A stretch of DNA of 64,000 nt, from the NCBI GenBank assembly GCA_963422375.2, contig OY729428.2:1472001-1536000 (forward strand), written 5' to 3'. Below, piece after piece: positions 19,750 through 29,331 of the stretch. Under the pieces are notes generated by a model. It did not search any database, was not told the DNA's origin, and saw only the letters and a program-made list of their open reading frames with translations. The stretch's first letter is position 1. Each line of letters starts with the position of its first letter. The translations under genes were made by a program, and so were the position numbers. The stretch is from Bryobacterales bacterium (GTDB taxonomy: Bacteria > Acidobacteriota > Terriglobia > Bryobacterales > UBA6623).

Positions 19750-20804
19750 CCCTCGCGATCCTTCTGGGCGCCGCGCGGCTGCCGGCGCAGCCCGGGGAGC
19801 CGGTCGTCTTCACGTCCGAGGTGCGCCTCGTGACGCTTCCGGTCACCGTAAAGGACGCGAGCGGCGCTCCGCTCGGCGATCTGGCGCGCGAGGACTTCCA
19901 GATTGTCGAAGAGGGCGAGAGCCGCGAACTCGCCTTCTTCGAGAGGCGCACGGACCGCCTCCTGTCGATGGCGCTGATGCTCGACACGAGCCTGAGCACC
20001 GCCATCGAGCTGCGCTACGAGCGCGAGTCCGCGAGACGCTTCCTGGCCGGCCTGCTCGGCCCCGGCTCGCATCCTGGGGACAGCGCGGCGGTCTTCTCGT
20101 TCTCGGCCGACGTCGAGGCGCTCCAGTGGTTCTCGCGGGATCTCAAGGCGCTTGAGCGGGCGCTCGGCAGGGTGCGCCCGGACACGGGGACCTCGGCCTA
20201 CGACGCCTTCGTGCTGGCTTCGCAGGAGCTGGTCAGCCGGGAAGGCCGTCGCGTCATCGTCGCGATTACCGACGGCGGGGACACGACCAGCCGCTGGACG
20301 TTCGCCGATGCGTTGCGCGCAGCGCACGATGCCGAGGTCGCGATCTACCCCTTGGTCGTCGTGCCGATTCAGGCGGACGCGGGCCGGAACAGGGGCGGGG
20401 AGCACGCCTTGATCACGCTCGCGGCGAAGACCGGCGGCGAGGCGTTCGTGCAGCACGGCGCGCAGGATCTCGACGAGTCGTTCGGCCAGATCCTGCGGAG
20501 CCTGCGCACTCAGTACCTGCTGGGCTTCTACCCGCGCATCGAGGGCTCCGCCTCGAAGGAACTGTTCCGCGATGTCGAGGTCCGCGTGGCGCGCGACGGC
20601 GCCGCGGTATTCTCCCGCTCCGGCTACTACTTCGATCCCGGCGAAGGGACTTCGGGCTCGCGGCGCGCTCCGACGGCCCTGCGCCCGATGCCGGGCACTA
20701 AGGGCCCCACCGAGGATTCCGAGGCTTCCGACAAGGACCGACGCCAAGGCAGGCCGAAGGGCTCGCCCGACGGCAGGCCTAGGCCGGGAATCGTCCGGCC
20801 CTAG
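19641..20804 (+). CDS. VWA domain protein (acidobacterial VWFA-related type); start uncertain
   Basis: FTSEVRLVTLPVTV, DTSLS (MIDAS), ITDGGD, TGG and QYLLGFYP motifs. Confidence 0.88.
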   Translation: MQGARLEKGALRRRRSLGGRPVGRVSAARGFAGSSLALAILLGAARLPAQPGEPVVFTSEVRLVTLPVTVKDASGAPLGDLAREDFQIVEEGESRELAFFERRTDRLLSMALMLDTSLSTAIELRYERESARRFLAGLLGPGSHPGDSAAVFSFSADVEALQWFSRDLKALERALGRVRPDTGTSAYDAFVLASQELVSREGRRVIVAITDGGDTTSRWTFADALRAAHDAEVAIYPLVVVPIQADAGRNRGGEHALITLAAKTGGEAFVQHGAQDLDESFGQILRSLRTQYLLGFYPRIEGSASKELFRDVEVRVARDGAAVFSRSGYYFDPGEGTSGSRRAPTALRPMPGTKGPTEDSEASDKDRRQGRPKGSPDGRPRPGIVRP

Positions 20805-20854
20805 CATCGCAAGGCCGCGCGGCCGTACGGGAGTGCGTTGCTAGCCTGAGGGGC

Positions 20855-21685
20855 GTGCCCATGGCCGCGGACGACTACATTCCCTTCGCCACGGAGCTGG
20901 CCCGCGGCGCGGGAGCCATCCTCATGCGCCACTACAGCAACGTGCAGGTCGAGCACAAGGGCCGCTTCGACACCGTAACTGCCGCGGACCGGGCGTCCGA
21001 GCGCTGGCTTGTGGAGAGGATCCGGCTGCGCTTCCCGAATCACTCGGTTGTAGCGGAGGAGGGCGGCGGCTACGACGGCAACTCCGACTTCACCTGGTAC
21101 GTTGACCCGTTGGACGGGACCACCAACTTCGTCCACGGGCTGCCGCGGTTCTGCGTCAGCATAGGGCTTTGGGCCCGCGGGGAGGGGCTCGCGGGCGTGG
21201 CGTACGACCCCACCCGCGACGACCTGTACGCCGCCGAGCGCGGCTCCGGGGCGTACCTCAACCGGCGCCGCATTCGGGTGTCCGGCGAGACGGACCTGTC
21301 GCGCGGGCTCTTCGCGACCGGCTTTCCCAGTTCCATCCGCGACACCAATCCGAACCTCCACTACTTCCACCAGGTCGCGACGTGCAGCCACGGTGTCCGG
21401 CGGACTGGGTCGGCGGCGCTCGATCTGTGCTCGGTAGCGCAGGGCCACTTCGACGGCTTCTGGGAAATCGGACTCAAGCCGTGGGATGTCGGGGCAGGCC
21501 TGGTCGTGCTGTCCGAGGCCGGAGGGCAATTCTGCGATTTCGAGGGGCGGAGGTACAGACCCGGCGCCGGGCGCTTGGTTGCGACCAACGGCAAGCTGAC
21601 AGGGGCGCTGCTCGACCTGCTCGCGGAGGTGTCGCGCGGCGGAGGCCGTGTTCCGGTCCCCGCGTTGCAGGGCGGCGGCCGATAG
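20855..21685 (+). CDS. suhB: Inositol monophosphatase
   Basis: VTAAD, AEE, WYVDPLDGTTNF, GSAALD and KPWDVGAG motifs. Confidence 0.93.
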   Translation: MPMAADDYIPFATELARGAGAILMRHYSNVQVEHKGRFDTVTAADRASERWLVERIRLRFPNHSVVAEEGGGYDGNSDFTWYVDPLDGTTNFVHGLPRFCVSIGLWARGEGLAGVAYDPTRDDLYAAERGSGAYLNRRRIRVSGETDLSRGLFATGFPSSIRDTNPNLHYFHQVATCSHGVRRTGSAALDLCSVAQGHFDGFWEIGLKPWDVGAGLVVLSEAGGQFCDFEGRRYRPGAGRLVATNGKLTGALLDLLAEVSRGGGRVPVPALQGGGR

Positions 21686-22170
21686 GGTCGCTCGTTTCGT
21701 ACCTTGATTTCCTGCTGGATCGATCCGGATGAATGTCACTGGTCGGGCAGGCCGAGTTGCGGCCAACTTCCGCGGTGGTGACGCGCCCGTAGCGGAGATG
21801 CCCTCGCGCTTGAGTCCGACCCCGAATGCGGCGCCACCTGAACGGGCCCGTGTCGCGTAGAGCCGCGGAACCCGTGCCGCCCTCTCCTCTGCCTGCCGCC
21901 GGGACGGTCGGCTCCGCCTTTCGGATGGCCCGGTACCGGAGGAAGCGCCGCTGCGGCACGCGCCCGCACGTTCCGCCCGTGCCCTCACCAAGGCCGTGAG
22001 GCCACGAGCGGTCTAGCCTGAGCCTGCCGATTCCGGCGCGGTTCCGGATGAAGCCAATCGGTTCCCGGGGGAGAGAGAAAGGAAAGGGAATTATATATCT
22101 GAGTGCCGAGGGAATCAAGTAGGCAAATTATCAAGCCATAATAAGATTTCATATTTCTTCCGACTTTCCG

Positions 22171-22200
22171 TTGACATTCTGTGGTGTTTATTGGTAGAAT
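22171..22200 (+). promoter_or_regulatory. Putative transposase promoter TTGACA-18-TAGAAT
   Basis: Near-consensus sigma70 hexamers just upstream of the transposase start; TTGACA is also kept in copy 2. Confidence 0.55.
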
Positions 22201-22223
22201 AGTTCCAGTATGAGATACCGTAA

Positions 22224-23146
22224 ATGAAGAAATAAGGTCCCGGAAAGTGGTTCCGTAAAGGCATCACATTGATCGAAGTGATCGCCATGTTCCCCGATGA
22301 CGAATCCGCGGAAAGATGGTTCGCCTCCATGCGCTGGCCGGACGGTCCCGCGTGCCCCCGCTGCCGCGGCTCCAGCGTGCAGTCCGACGCGGCCCACCCT
22401 TCGATGCCGTACCGTTGCCGCGGCTGCGGCAAGCGCTTTTCGGTGCGCACCGGCAGCGTGATGGCCGAAACCGAGCTCGGCTACCGCACCCGGGCCGTGG
22501 CCCTGTTCCTGCTGACCACCGGCATCAAGGGCGTCTCGAGCATGAAGCTGCACCGCGACCCGGGCATCAGCCGGAAGTCGGCCTGGCACCTGGCGCACCG
22601 CATCCGCGCGTGCCGGGAGCGGGATCGGGGCCTGTTCGCCGGCCCGGTGGAGGTGGACGAGACCTACGTCGGCGGCAAGGAACGCAACAAGCACGAGAGG
22701 AAGAAGGCCCGTGCCGGGCGCGGGACCGCGCCACGAACGCAGTGGCCGCGCGGCCGCTGCCGGGCACCGCCAAGGGCGACCTGCAGGGCTTCGTGCGCGG
22801 CCGCGTCGCGCCGGGGGCGCAGCTCTACTCCGACGAGGCGGCGGCCTACGCCGGCATGGCGGAGTTCGCGCACGAAGCCGTCAGGCACTCCGGCGGCGAG
22901 TACGTGCGCGGGGCAGCGCATACGAACGGCATCGAATCGTTTGGGTCCCTGTTCGAGCGCGGCCTGTACGGAACCTATCACCGGATGAGCGTCCGTCATC
23001 TCGGCCGCTACCTCACGGAGTTCGCGGGACGGCGCAACGACCGCGACTGCGACACGGCGGAACGGATGCGGCGCATGGCGCGGGGCTTGGTCGGCCGGAC
23101 GCTGACCTGCCGGCAGCTGACCGGCAAGGCCGCGGTCGCGGCCTGA
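22224..23146 (+). pseudogene. IS1595 transposase pseudogene
   Basis: Zn ribbon CPRC..CRGC, VEVDETYVGG, YSDE and HTNGIESF motifs; TAA at codon 4 and a deletion/frameshift near 22730. Confidence 0.9.
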
Positions 23147-24092
23147 GCGGCGCCCGCCGCGCTGAGCGCGGCAGCCCGCTGCGGGCGCGCTCTTCACGCT
23201 CGGTGCGCTTCACGCTCGGTACGAGGGGCGCACCGGATGCGGAATGCCCCGGCGCGACCCCGGTCCGGCCCGGACCGTCCATGCAGGCCGTCGAGCGCCG
23301 GGGATCCGCTGTCTTCGGCCCTCGCAGGGCTTGCAAGGCGTGCCCTGCCACCGCCAACCGGGTTCCAGCGGGGCAACCGGGGCAGGCGAGGCGGCCTCTC
23401 TAGTCCCTTCCTCGTCCAATCCGCTGGCAGGCTCGATTCAGATACGATCCCACCCCCCACCCCTCTGTGCCCGCCGCGGCCGCACTCGAATGACCCGAGC
23501 TCGACACCGATCTCCCTGCTCAGAGCAGTTCTAGTCGGACATGGCGTTGTCGGCACTCAGATATATAATTCCCAAAGGAAAGCGTGTTCGGTGTCGGCTT
23601 GGGAAAATCGAGGAAACCGGAGAATATGCAGGGATGCGCACATTCAACACCACCGGCCCGGTACTGGCGGATAGGCACTACTGCATCCCGCGGCTGAGCC
23701 GCGTGAATCTCGGCGAGGTGCTGGACTTGATTCGCCGGGAGAAGTATTTCCTGCTGCATGCGCCGCGACAGACGGGCAAGACCTCGGCGCGTATGGCCCT
23801 GCGCGACCTGCTCAGCGGAGGCTCGGCGGGAAACTGCCGCTGCCTCTACTGAGGGGCGTAAAAGTCTTTTCGGATCGGCCAGGCCAGAATGTACTGGCAA
23901 CTGGGTTCCCAAGCAGTCTGCTAAGAAGGAGGCCTTCCAAATTCGAGTACGCAATATACTGTGTAGATAGTTACGGTATATCACAATATACAGGCCTAAG
24001 TTCGAGAATTCAAGACTCTATATCTGGGCTGCTATGATGACAGCCTGAACGGAATTTGACTGAGTATGGCCCGTATCTTTGGAAAAGATTTT

Positions 24093-26374
24093 CCTGATTA
24101 CCAACGAACGTCAGGCGAGGATATGCTATACTGAAGGAGGTCGGAAATCTCTGACAGGAAAGGGGCTAGCAGCTGAAACGCAATCGCGTGCAATGCCAGA
24201 AGGGACTCAGCCTGGGCAAGTTCCTGCAGCGCTACGGCAGCGAGGGGCCATGCGAGCAGGCCGTCTTCAACGCCCGCTGCCCGGAGTGCGGCTCCCGCCG
24301 GCACTGCCGCATCCGCTCCCGCAAGCTCTGGCAGTGCCATGCCTGCCACCGCCGGACCTCCCTCGTCGCCGGCACGATCTTCGCCGCCACCCAGCTGCCG
24401 CTGACCGTCCGGTTCCTGGCGCTCCACCTGCTGACGCAGGGCCAGCACGGCGTTTCGTCGCTGGAACTGGCGCGGCAGCTGGGAGTCAGCCGGAACACGG
24501 CCTGGAAGACACGGCCTGGAAGGTGCAGCACAAGCTCCTGCCAGTGCTGAAGGAGCGCGACGAGCGCGTGCCGCCGGGCGGCAGCGTGCAAGTGGACGAC
24601 GCCTGCTGGGGCGGGGAGCGGGCCGGCGGCAAGCGCGGGCGGGGCGCGGCGGGCAAGACGCCGTTCGTCGCCGCCGTGCAGGTCAGCGCCGCCGGCCAGC
24701 CGGCAAGGATGCGCCTGAGCAGCGTGGCGGGCTTGCGCAAGAAGACGCTGGCAGCGTGGGCCGGGCGGCACTTGCAGCCCGGCACGGAGGTGCATTCCGA
24801 CGGCCCGGCCTGCTTGCGGGGCGTGGCCGGCGCCGGCTGCGAGCACGTGCCGACCGTCACCGGAGGCGGGCAGCGGAGCTGCGGGGATTCCCGCTTCGTC
24901 CGGGTCAACACGATGCTGGCGCACGTCAAGCGGTCCCTGGCGGGAACCTGCCATGCGCTCGACGGCAAGCACCTGCCGCGCTACCTCGCCGAGTTCCGCT
25001 ACCGCTTCAACCGCCGCTACGACCTGGAGGCGCTGGTCCCCCGCCTGCTCCACGCCTCCGTGCGCACCCCGCCCCTTCCTTAGGGCTTTGATCGATATTA
25101 AGTTTCCAACTTCATCGTGGATGTAGTTCGTAGTTCCAATCACCGTGGAACTCGTTCCGATGGAGCGACAGGGCGTCCATCTCCGCCTTCGTTACTGCCT
25201 CACCGGTCGGGTACTTTCTATTGTCAAGTTTGGCTTTGACCCGAAGGCCGGCGGCTGTGCGCGTACCGCCGATCAAGTCGACAACGGTCTCAAATGTACG
25301 CAGTGGCTTGCCTCGCCAATTCTGCGTGACGTGGCAGAACAGGCGGTGCTCAATCTTATGCCATGGACTGGTCCCCAGGCGCGAGAGCGATACCCGTTGC
25401 TACCGCCCGCATCGGCAGCGATGAACAGCTCGCCAGCCTCGGGGTAGCGGCGCTTCCCCGTCTCGTTCCACCACCGTCGCAGCGAGGCCGCGGCAAACGC
25501 GGGCGTGCCGTGATCACGTCCGACATGCACCCAGGCTTCGTTGCGCCCCATGTCATGGATGCCATACGGCATCGCTTTGCCGGACGAGTCCTTGGGAAAA
25601 TCATGCACCAGTGATTTCCCGGGGCTCCCCTTCGGTTGCCATGCCCGCCCGCCGTTCTTGAATTCACCCGCCAGTTCCTTCTTCTCGGTGTCGACCGAGA
25701 CCACTGGCTGACAACGTTGCGGGAAATCATCCGCCTTCGTATGGATGTGCTCGAACTGCGCGTCCCGGTCGGGGCGGGTTGTCCCTTCGAGACTCTTGCG
25801 CACCGATTGCAGGCTGCAGCCAAGCTCGTGCAGTGAACGGCTCGCCGTCGTCGAACTCACCTGCCAACCCGCCTGCGACAACGCCGCCTGCGACAACGCC
25901 GCGGTGAGCTTCGCCCGACTCTTGCATGTCCAGCGCAACGGCGACTCCGGGTCACCGCGCGTCAACGGGTCGACCAGCTTCTCCAGCGCTTGCTCGATGC
26001 CCGGCCGCGACTGCTCGATGCCGGGCCGGGCGGCGCCCGGGCGGCGTATCCGACCGCGTTCAACACTGCCGGATTCCAGCTCTCGACGCCCCGCGCGGAT
26101 GGCGCGGATGGTCGGGCGCGACAACCCAGTCGCGTCCGATACCAGCGCATCTCCCCCATACCCGATGGCACGCGACTCCGTCGCCGCCCATAGCCGACGC
26201 CCGCGCTCGTCGAGAAACGCTTCGACCGCCGCGTACTGCTCAACAATTGTCGCTTCGAGTTCAAGATTGCGTCTCATCGGATGATGAGAACACAAAACTC
26301 AGAACATGGAAATCTGATTTCCGACAACGCCCTTACCGCCTCCTAACCTTGGCTGAGTCTTGTGGGTAATCGGG
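24093..26374 (+). mobile_element. IS1595-family element type B, copy 1 (frameshifted and interrupted by ISAzo13)
   Basis: Ends cctgattacc / ggtaatcggg; 8-bp flanks aagatttt / aagacttt; transposase motifs QVDDA, HSDG and RYLAEFRYRFNRR; a 14-bp duplication causes the frameshift. Confidence 0.9.
25083..26332 (-). mobile_element. ISAzo13-family element with defective transposase (about 25112-26277)
   Basis: GDPESPLRWTCKS, SVDTEKKE, DAGGSNGYR, then in another frame KIEHRLF...HGDWNY; ends start gggc; 3-bp tta duplication (25080-82 / 26333-35). Confidence 0.88.
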
Positions 26375-27999
26375 AAGACTTTTGCGCCTCTCAGTATGTG
26401 ACAGTCGAGGGCGCGTCGGTCTATAGGGACGGCATAGCGGATGCGATGCGGTCCATCCTGAGCGTGCTGGCCCTGCAGGCATGGGCCGCGCTGCGAGATA
26501 ACTTTGCGCTGCGAGACAACTTTGTCGAGGGGATCTGGCGCCAGGCGCTCCGCGACTACAGCGCCGACGCTGCACTCTCCTTGGTGCTCGGGCGCTGGGC
26601 CGCGGCCAACCCGCGGCCGCTGGTGCTGTTGTTCGATGAGATCGACGCCCTGCAAGGCGACGCTCTTCTGTCGGTGCTGCGGCAATTGCGCAGTGGATAC
26701 CTGATGCGTCCTCAGCCGTTCCCGCAGAGCATCGTGCTGTGCGGGATGCGGGACCTACGCGACTACCGCATCGAGTCGAAGTCCGCCGGCGGGGTGGTGG
26801 CCAGTCCCTTCAATGTCAGCGCGAAGTCGCTCCGGCTGGGAGACTTCTCCCGAGAGGAAGTGGCCCAGCTGCTTGGCCAGCACACCGCCGAGACACGGCA
26901 GGAGTTCGACCCCGGCGCGGTGGAGCGGGTGTGGACGCAGACGCAGGGCCAGCCGTGGCTCGTGAACGCCCTCTGCGACGGGGCCTGCTTCGAGGCTGGC
27001 CAGCTGCGATTCCCCCGCCGCTCGATCAACGAGGCCGACATCCTGCAAGCGCAGGAGGATCTGATCCAGCAGCGGTCGGTGCATATCGACCAGCTGGCAG
27101 ACAAGCTGAGAGACGAACGCGTCCGGCGCGTGATCGAGCCGATTCTGGCAGGCAAGCCCCACCGCAGTTCGGAGCTCCGCGACTTGGAGTACGTTAGGGA
27201 CCTAGGCCTCGTGGCGCGGGCTAGATCCCCTCGCATTGCGAATCCGATCTACGCCGAAGTCGTGCCGCGGGAGCGCACTGCCGACACGCAGGAGGACCTG
27301 GACCAAGACCTGGCATGGTATGTGCGCTCGGGGGGCGGACTGGACGCGCCCAAGCTGCTGGCAGCATTCCAGGAATTCTTCCGACAGCACTCGGAGCATT
27401 GGATCGAGCGCTTCCAGTACAAGGAGGCCGGTCCGCAGCTGCTGCTGCAGGCGTATCTGCAGCGGTTGGTGAATGGCGGCGGCCGCATCGAGCGGGAGTA
27501 CGGGCTAGGGCGTGGTCGCACGGACCTGCTGGTAGTCTGGCCAATGGGAGAGCGAACCGAGAGGTACGTGATCGAGTGCAAGCTCCTGCACGGAAGCTTG
27601 GAGCGCGCGATCCGCGACGGAATCGAGCAAACGGCCGGGTATATGGACCGCTGCGCGGCGGACTCCGGGCATCTGGTGATCTTCGACCGGCGCGCGAGGC
27701 CCTGGGAAAGCATGGTATTTCGGCGGCGCGAGGAATCTCCCGCCGGGCCCGTGGATGTCTGGGGCATGTGACCGGGTCTCGCGGGCCCGCCTGCCGCCAG
27801 CATGTATCGTGGCCCGTTCGCGCGCGGCCCGCTCCCAAGAACGGGATGAGGTCGCTCTGAAACATTCGGCACCCACTTTGTATGCCAACGCTGCGTCGAG
27901 TGTGGTATTCTTAGCAGTTCTGTGCGGGATTCCTGCACCGTCGCCCGGGTCGCGTACCTGCGCGAGGTGGGCGATCGGGGTATGCGGGAGGCTCGGTAA

Positions 28000-29316
28000 G
28001 TGAATATGGATCGTATCGTAGACCTGATTCGGAGCAAGCGGCGTGGCGAGGAAATTGCACTCGAGGACTTCGAGCGCCTGATCAACGGGTTCGCGTTGAA
28101 CGAGATTCCGGACGCCCAGCTGAGCGCTTTCCTCATGGCGGGCGTGTGCAACGGCTTCAGTCCCGACGAATCGACGTCACTGACTTCCGCCATGCTCCGC
28201 TGCGGGGAGCAGCTGGACCTGTCCGGGCTCGCCAAGAGCAAGGTGGACTGCTACTCCACGGGCGGCGTTGGCGACAAGGTTCCGCTGGTCGCGGCTCCCG
28301 TCGCGGCGGCCGCGGGGGTCGCCGTACCGATGATCGTGGAGGGCGGCACGGGGCACGTGATCGGAACGCTGGACAAGCTCCATGCGATCCCGGGGTTCCG
28401 CACCGCGCTCGAGGTCACGGACTTCGTCGACCTGGTCGCGGAGTATGGTCTGGCGTTCGCGGAGCAGAGCAACGCGCTGGCGCCGGCGGACAAGCGCCTC
28501 TACGAGCTGCGCAATGCCACCGCGACGGTCGACTCGCTCGAGTTGATCGCCGCCTCGGCGATGTCGAAGAAGCTGGCCGAAGATCTGGACAGCCTGATCA
28601 TCGACGTCAAGGTCAGCCACGGGTCGCTGCTGTCCGGGCGCACGGAGGCCCGCAGGCTAGCGCAGCAGCTGATCGCCATCGGGCGCAAGCTTGGCGTCAA
28701 GGTCCAGGCGATGCTGACGGACATGGAGCAGCCGCTGGGATTCACTGTCGGCAACGCCTTGGAAATCATGGAGGTGGCCCAAACCCTACAAGGGCAGGGG
28801 CCTCCCGACCTCGCCGGCCTGTCGGCCGAGATTGCCGCGCGGATGATCTTCCTCTCAGACAGCAGCATCTCGATCGAGAGCGCGCGGGACGCCGCGAACG
28901 GCGCGATGCAGGACGGGTCGGCCTTGGATGTCCTAGGCAACGTAATCGCCGCCCAGGGCGGCGACCGGGAGGTGCTCGTGGACTTCGCCAAGCTCCCGGT
29001 GCCGCAGGCGGAGCTGCCCATCACGTCGCCTCGCGACGGCTACGTCAGCCGCATCAGCGTGGAGGAAATCGGCAGGGCCGCCGTGCTGCTCGGAGCCGGG
29101 CGAACGGAGCCCGGCGACAAGCTCGATCCGGCCGTGGGGGTTGTGCTCGAAGCGAAGGTCGGACAGCAGGTGTTCGACAACACGCGCCTGTGCGCTCTCT
29201 ACTACAACGACGACACGAACATCGAGGAGGCGCAGCAGCTTGTCGAAGACGCCTTCCGCATCTCTACGCAGGAGCCGGCACCGCGCGATCTGGTGATCGA
29301 CCTGATCCAGGGCTGA
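28000..29316 (+). CDS. deoA: Thymidine/pyrimidine-nucleoside phosphorylase homolog with degenerate active site
   Basis: STGGVGDK, GTLDKL, APADKRLYELR, MSKKLAE, QPLG..VGNALE and LLGAGR motifs. Confidence 0.85.
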   Translation: MNMDRIVDLIRSKRRGEEIALEDFERLINGFALNEIPDAQLSAFLMAGVCNGFSPDESTSLTSAMLRCGEQLDLSGLAKSKVDCYSTGGVGDKVPLVAAPVAAAAGVAVPMIVEGGTGHVIGTLDKLHAIPGFRTALEVTDFVDLVAEYGLAFAEQSNALAPADKRLYELRNATATVDSLELIAASAMSKKLAEDLDSLIIDVKVSHGSLLSGRTEARRLAQQLIAIGRKLGVKVQAMLTDMEQPLGFTVGNALEIMEVAQTLQGQGPPDLAGLSAEIAARMIFLSDSSISIESARDAANGAMQDGSALDVLGNVIAAQGGDREVLVDFAKLPVPQAELPITSPRDGYVSRISVEEIGRAAVLLGAGRTEPGDKLDPAVGVVLEAKVGQQVFDNTRLCALYYNDDTNIEEAQQLVEDAFRISTQEPAPRDLVIDLIQG

Positions 29317-29331
29317 CGCCCCCGGCCTGCG

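Larger units (their letters stand above)
22086..23573 (+). mobile_element. IS1595-family element type A, copy 1 (defective)
   Basis: Perfect 24-bp TIRs gggaattatatatctgagtgccga (22086-22109 / 23550-23573) flanked by the 8-bp direct repeat aaaggaaa (22078-22085 / 23574-23581). Confidence 0.92.
23849..26394. mobile_element. Non-autonomous MITE (256 bp after removing the inner IS), TA target duplication
   Basis: Left end ctgaggggcgtaaaagtcttttc matches the reconstructed right end ctgagaggcgcaaaagtcttttc; TA at 23847-48 and 26395-96. Confidence 0.8.
23634..27771 (+). pseudogene. AAA ATPase with C-terminal PD-(D/E)XK nuclease-like domain, interrupted by nested insertions at 23849-26394
   Basis: 5' part MRTFNTTGP...APRQTGKTS (Walker A) to 23848; resumes at 26397 with LLFDEID (Walker B) and REYGLGRGRTDL..VIECK. 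The joined frame is 1590 nt and open. Confidence 0.9.

Noticed and set aside
26362..27771. 469-aa ORF as an independent intact gene
   Set aside because: Its start lies in the IS end and it lacks Walker A; it is the 3' part of the gene beginning at 23634.
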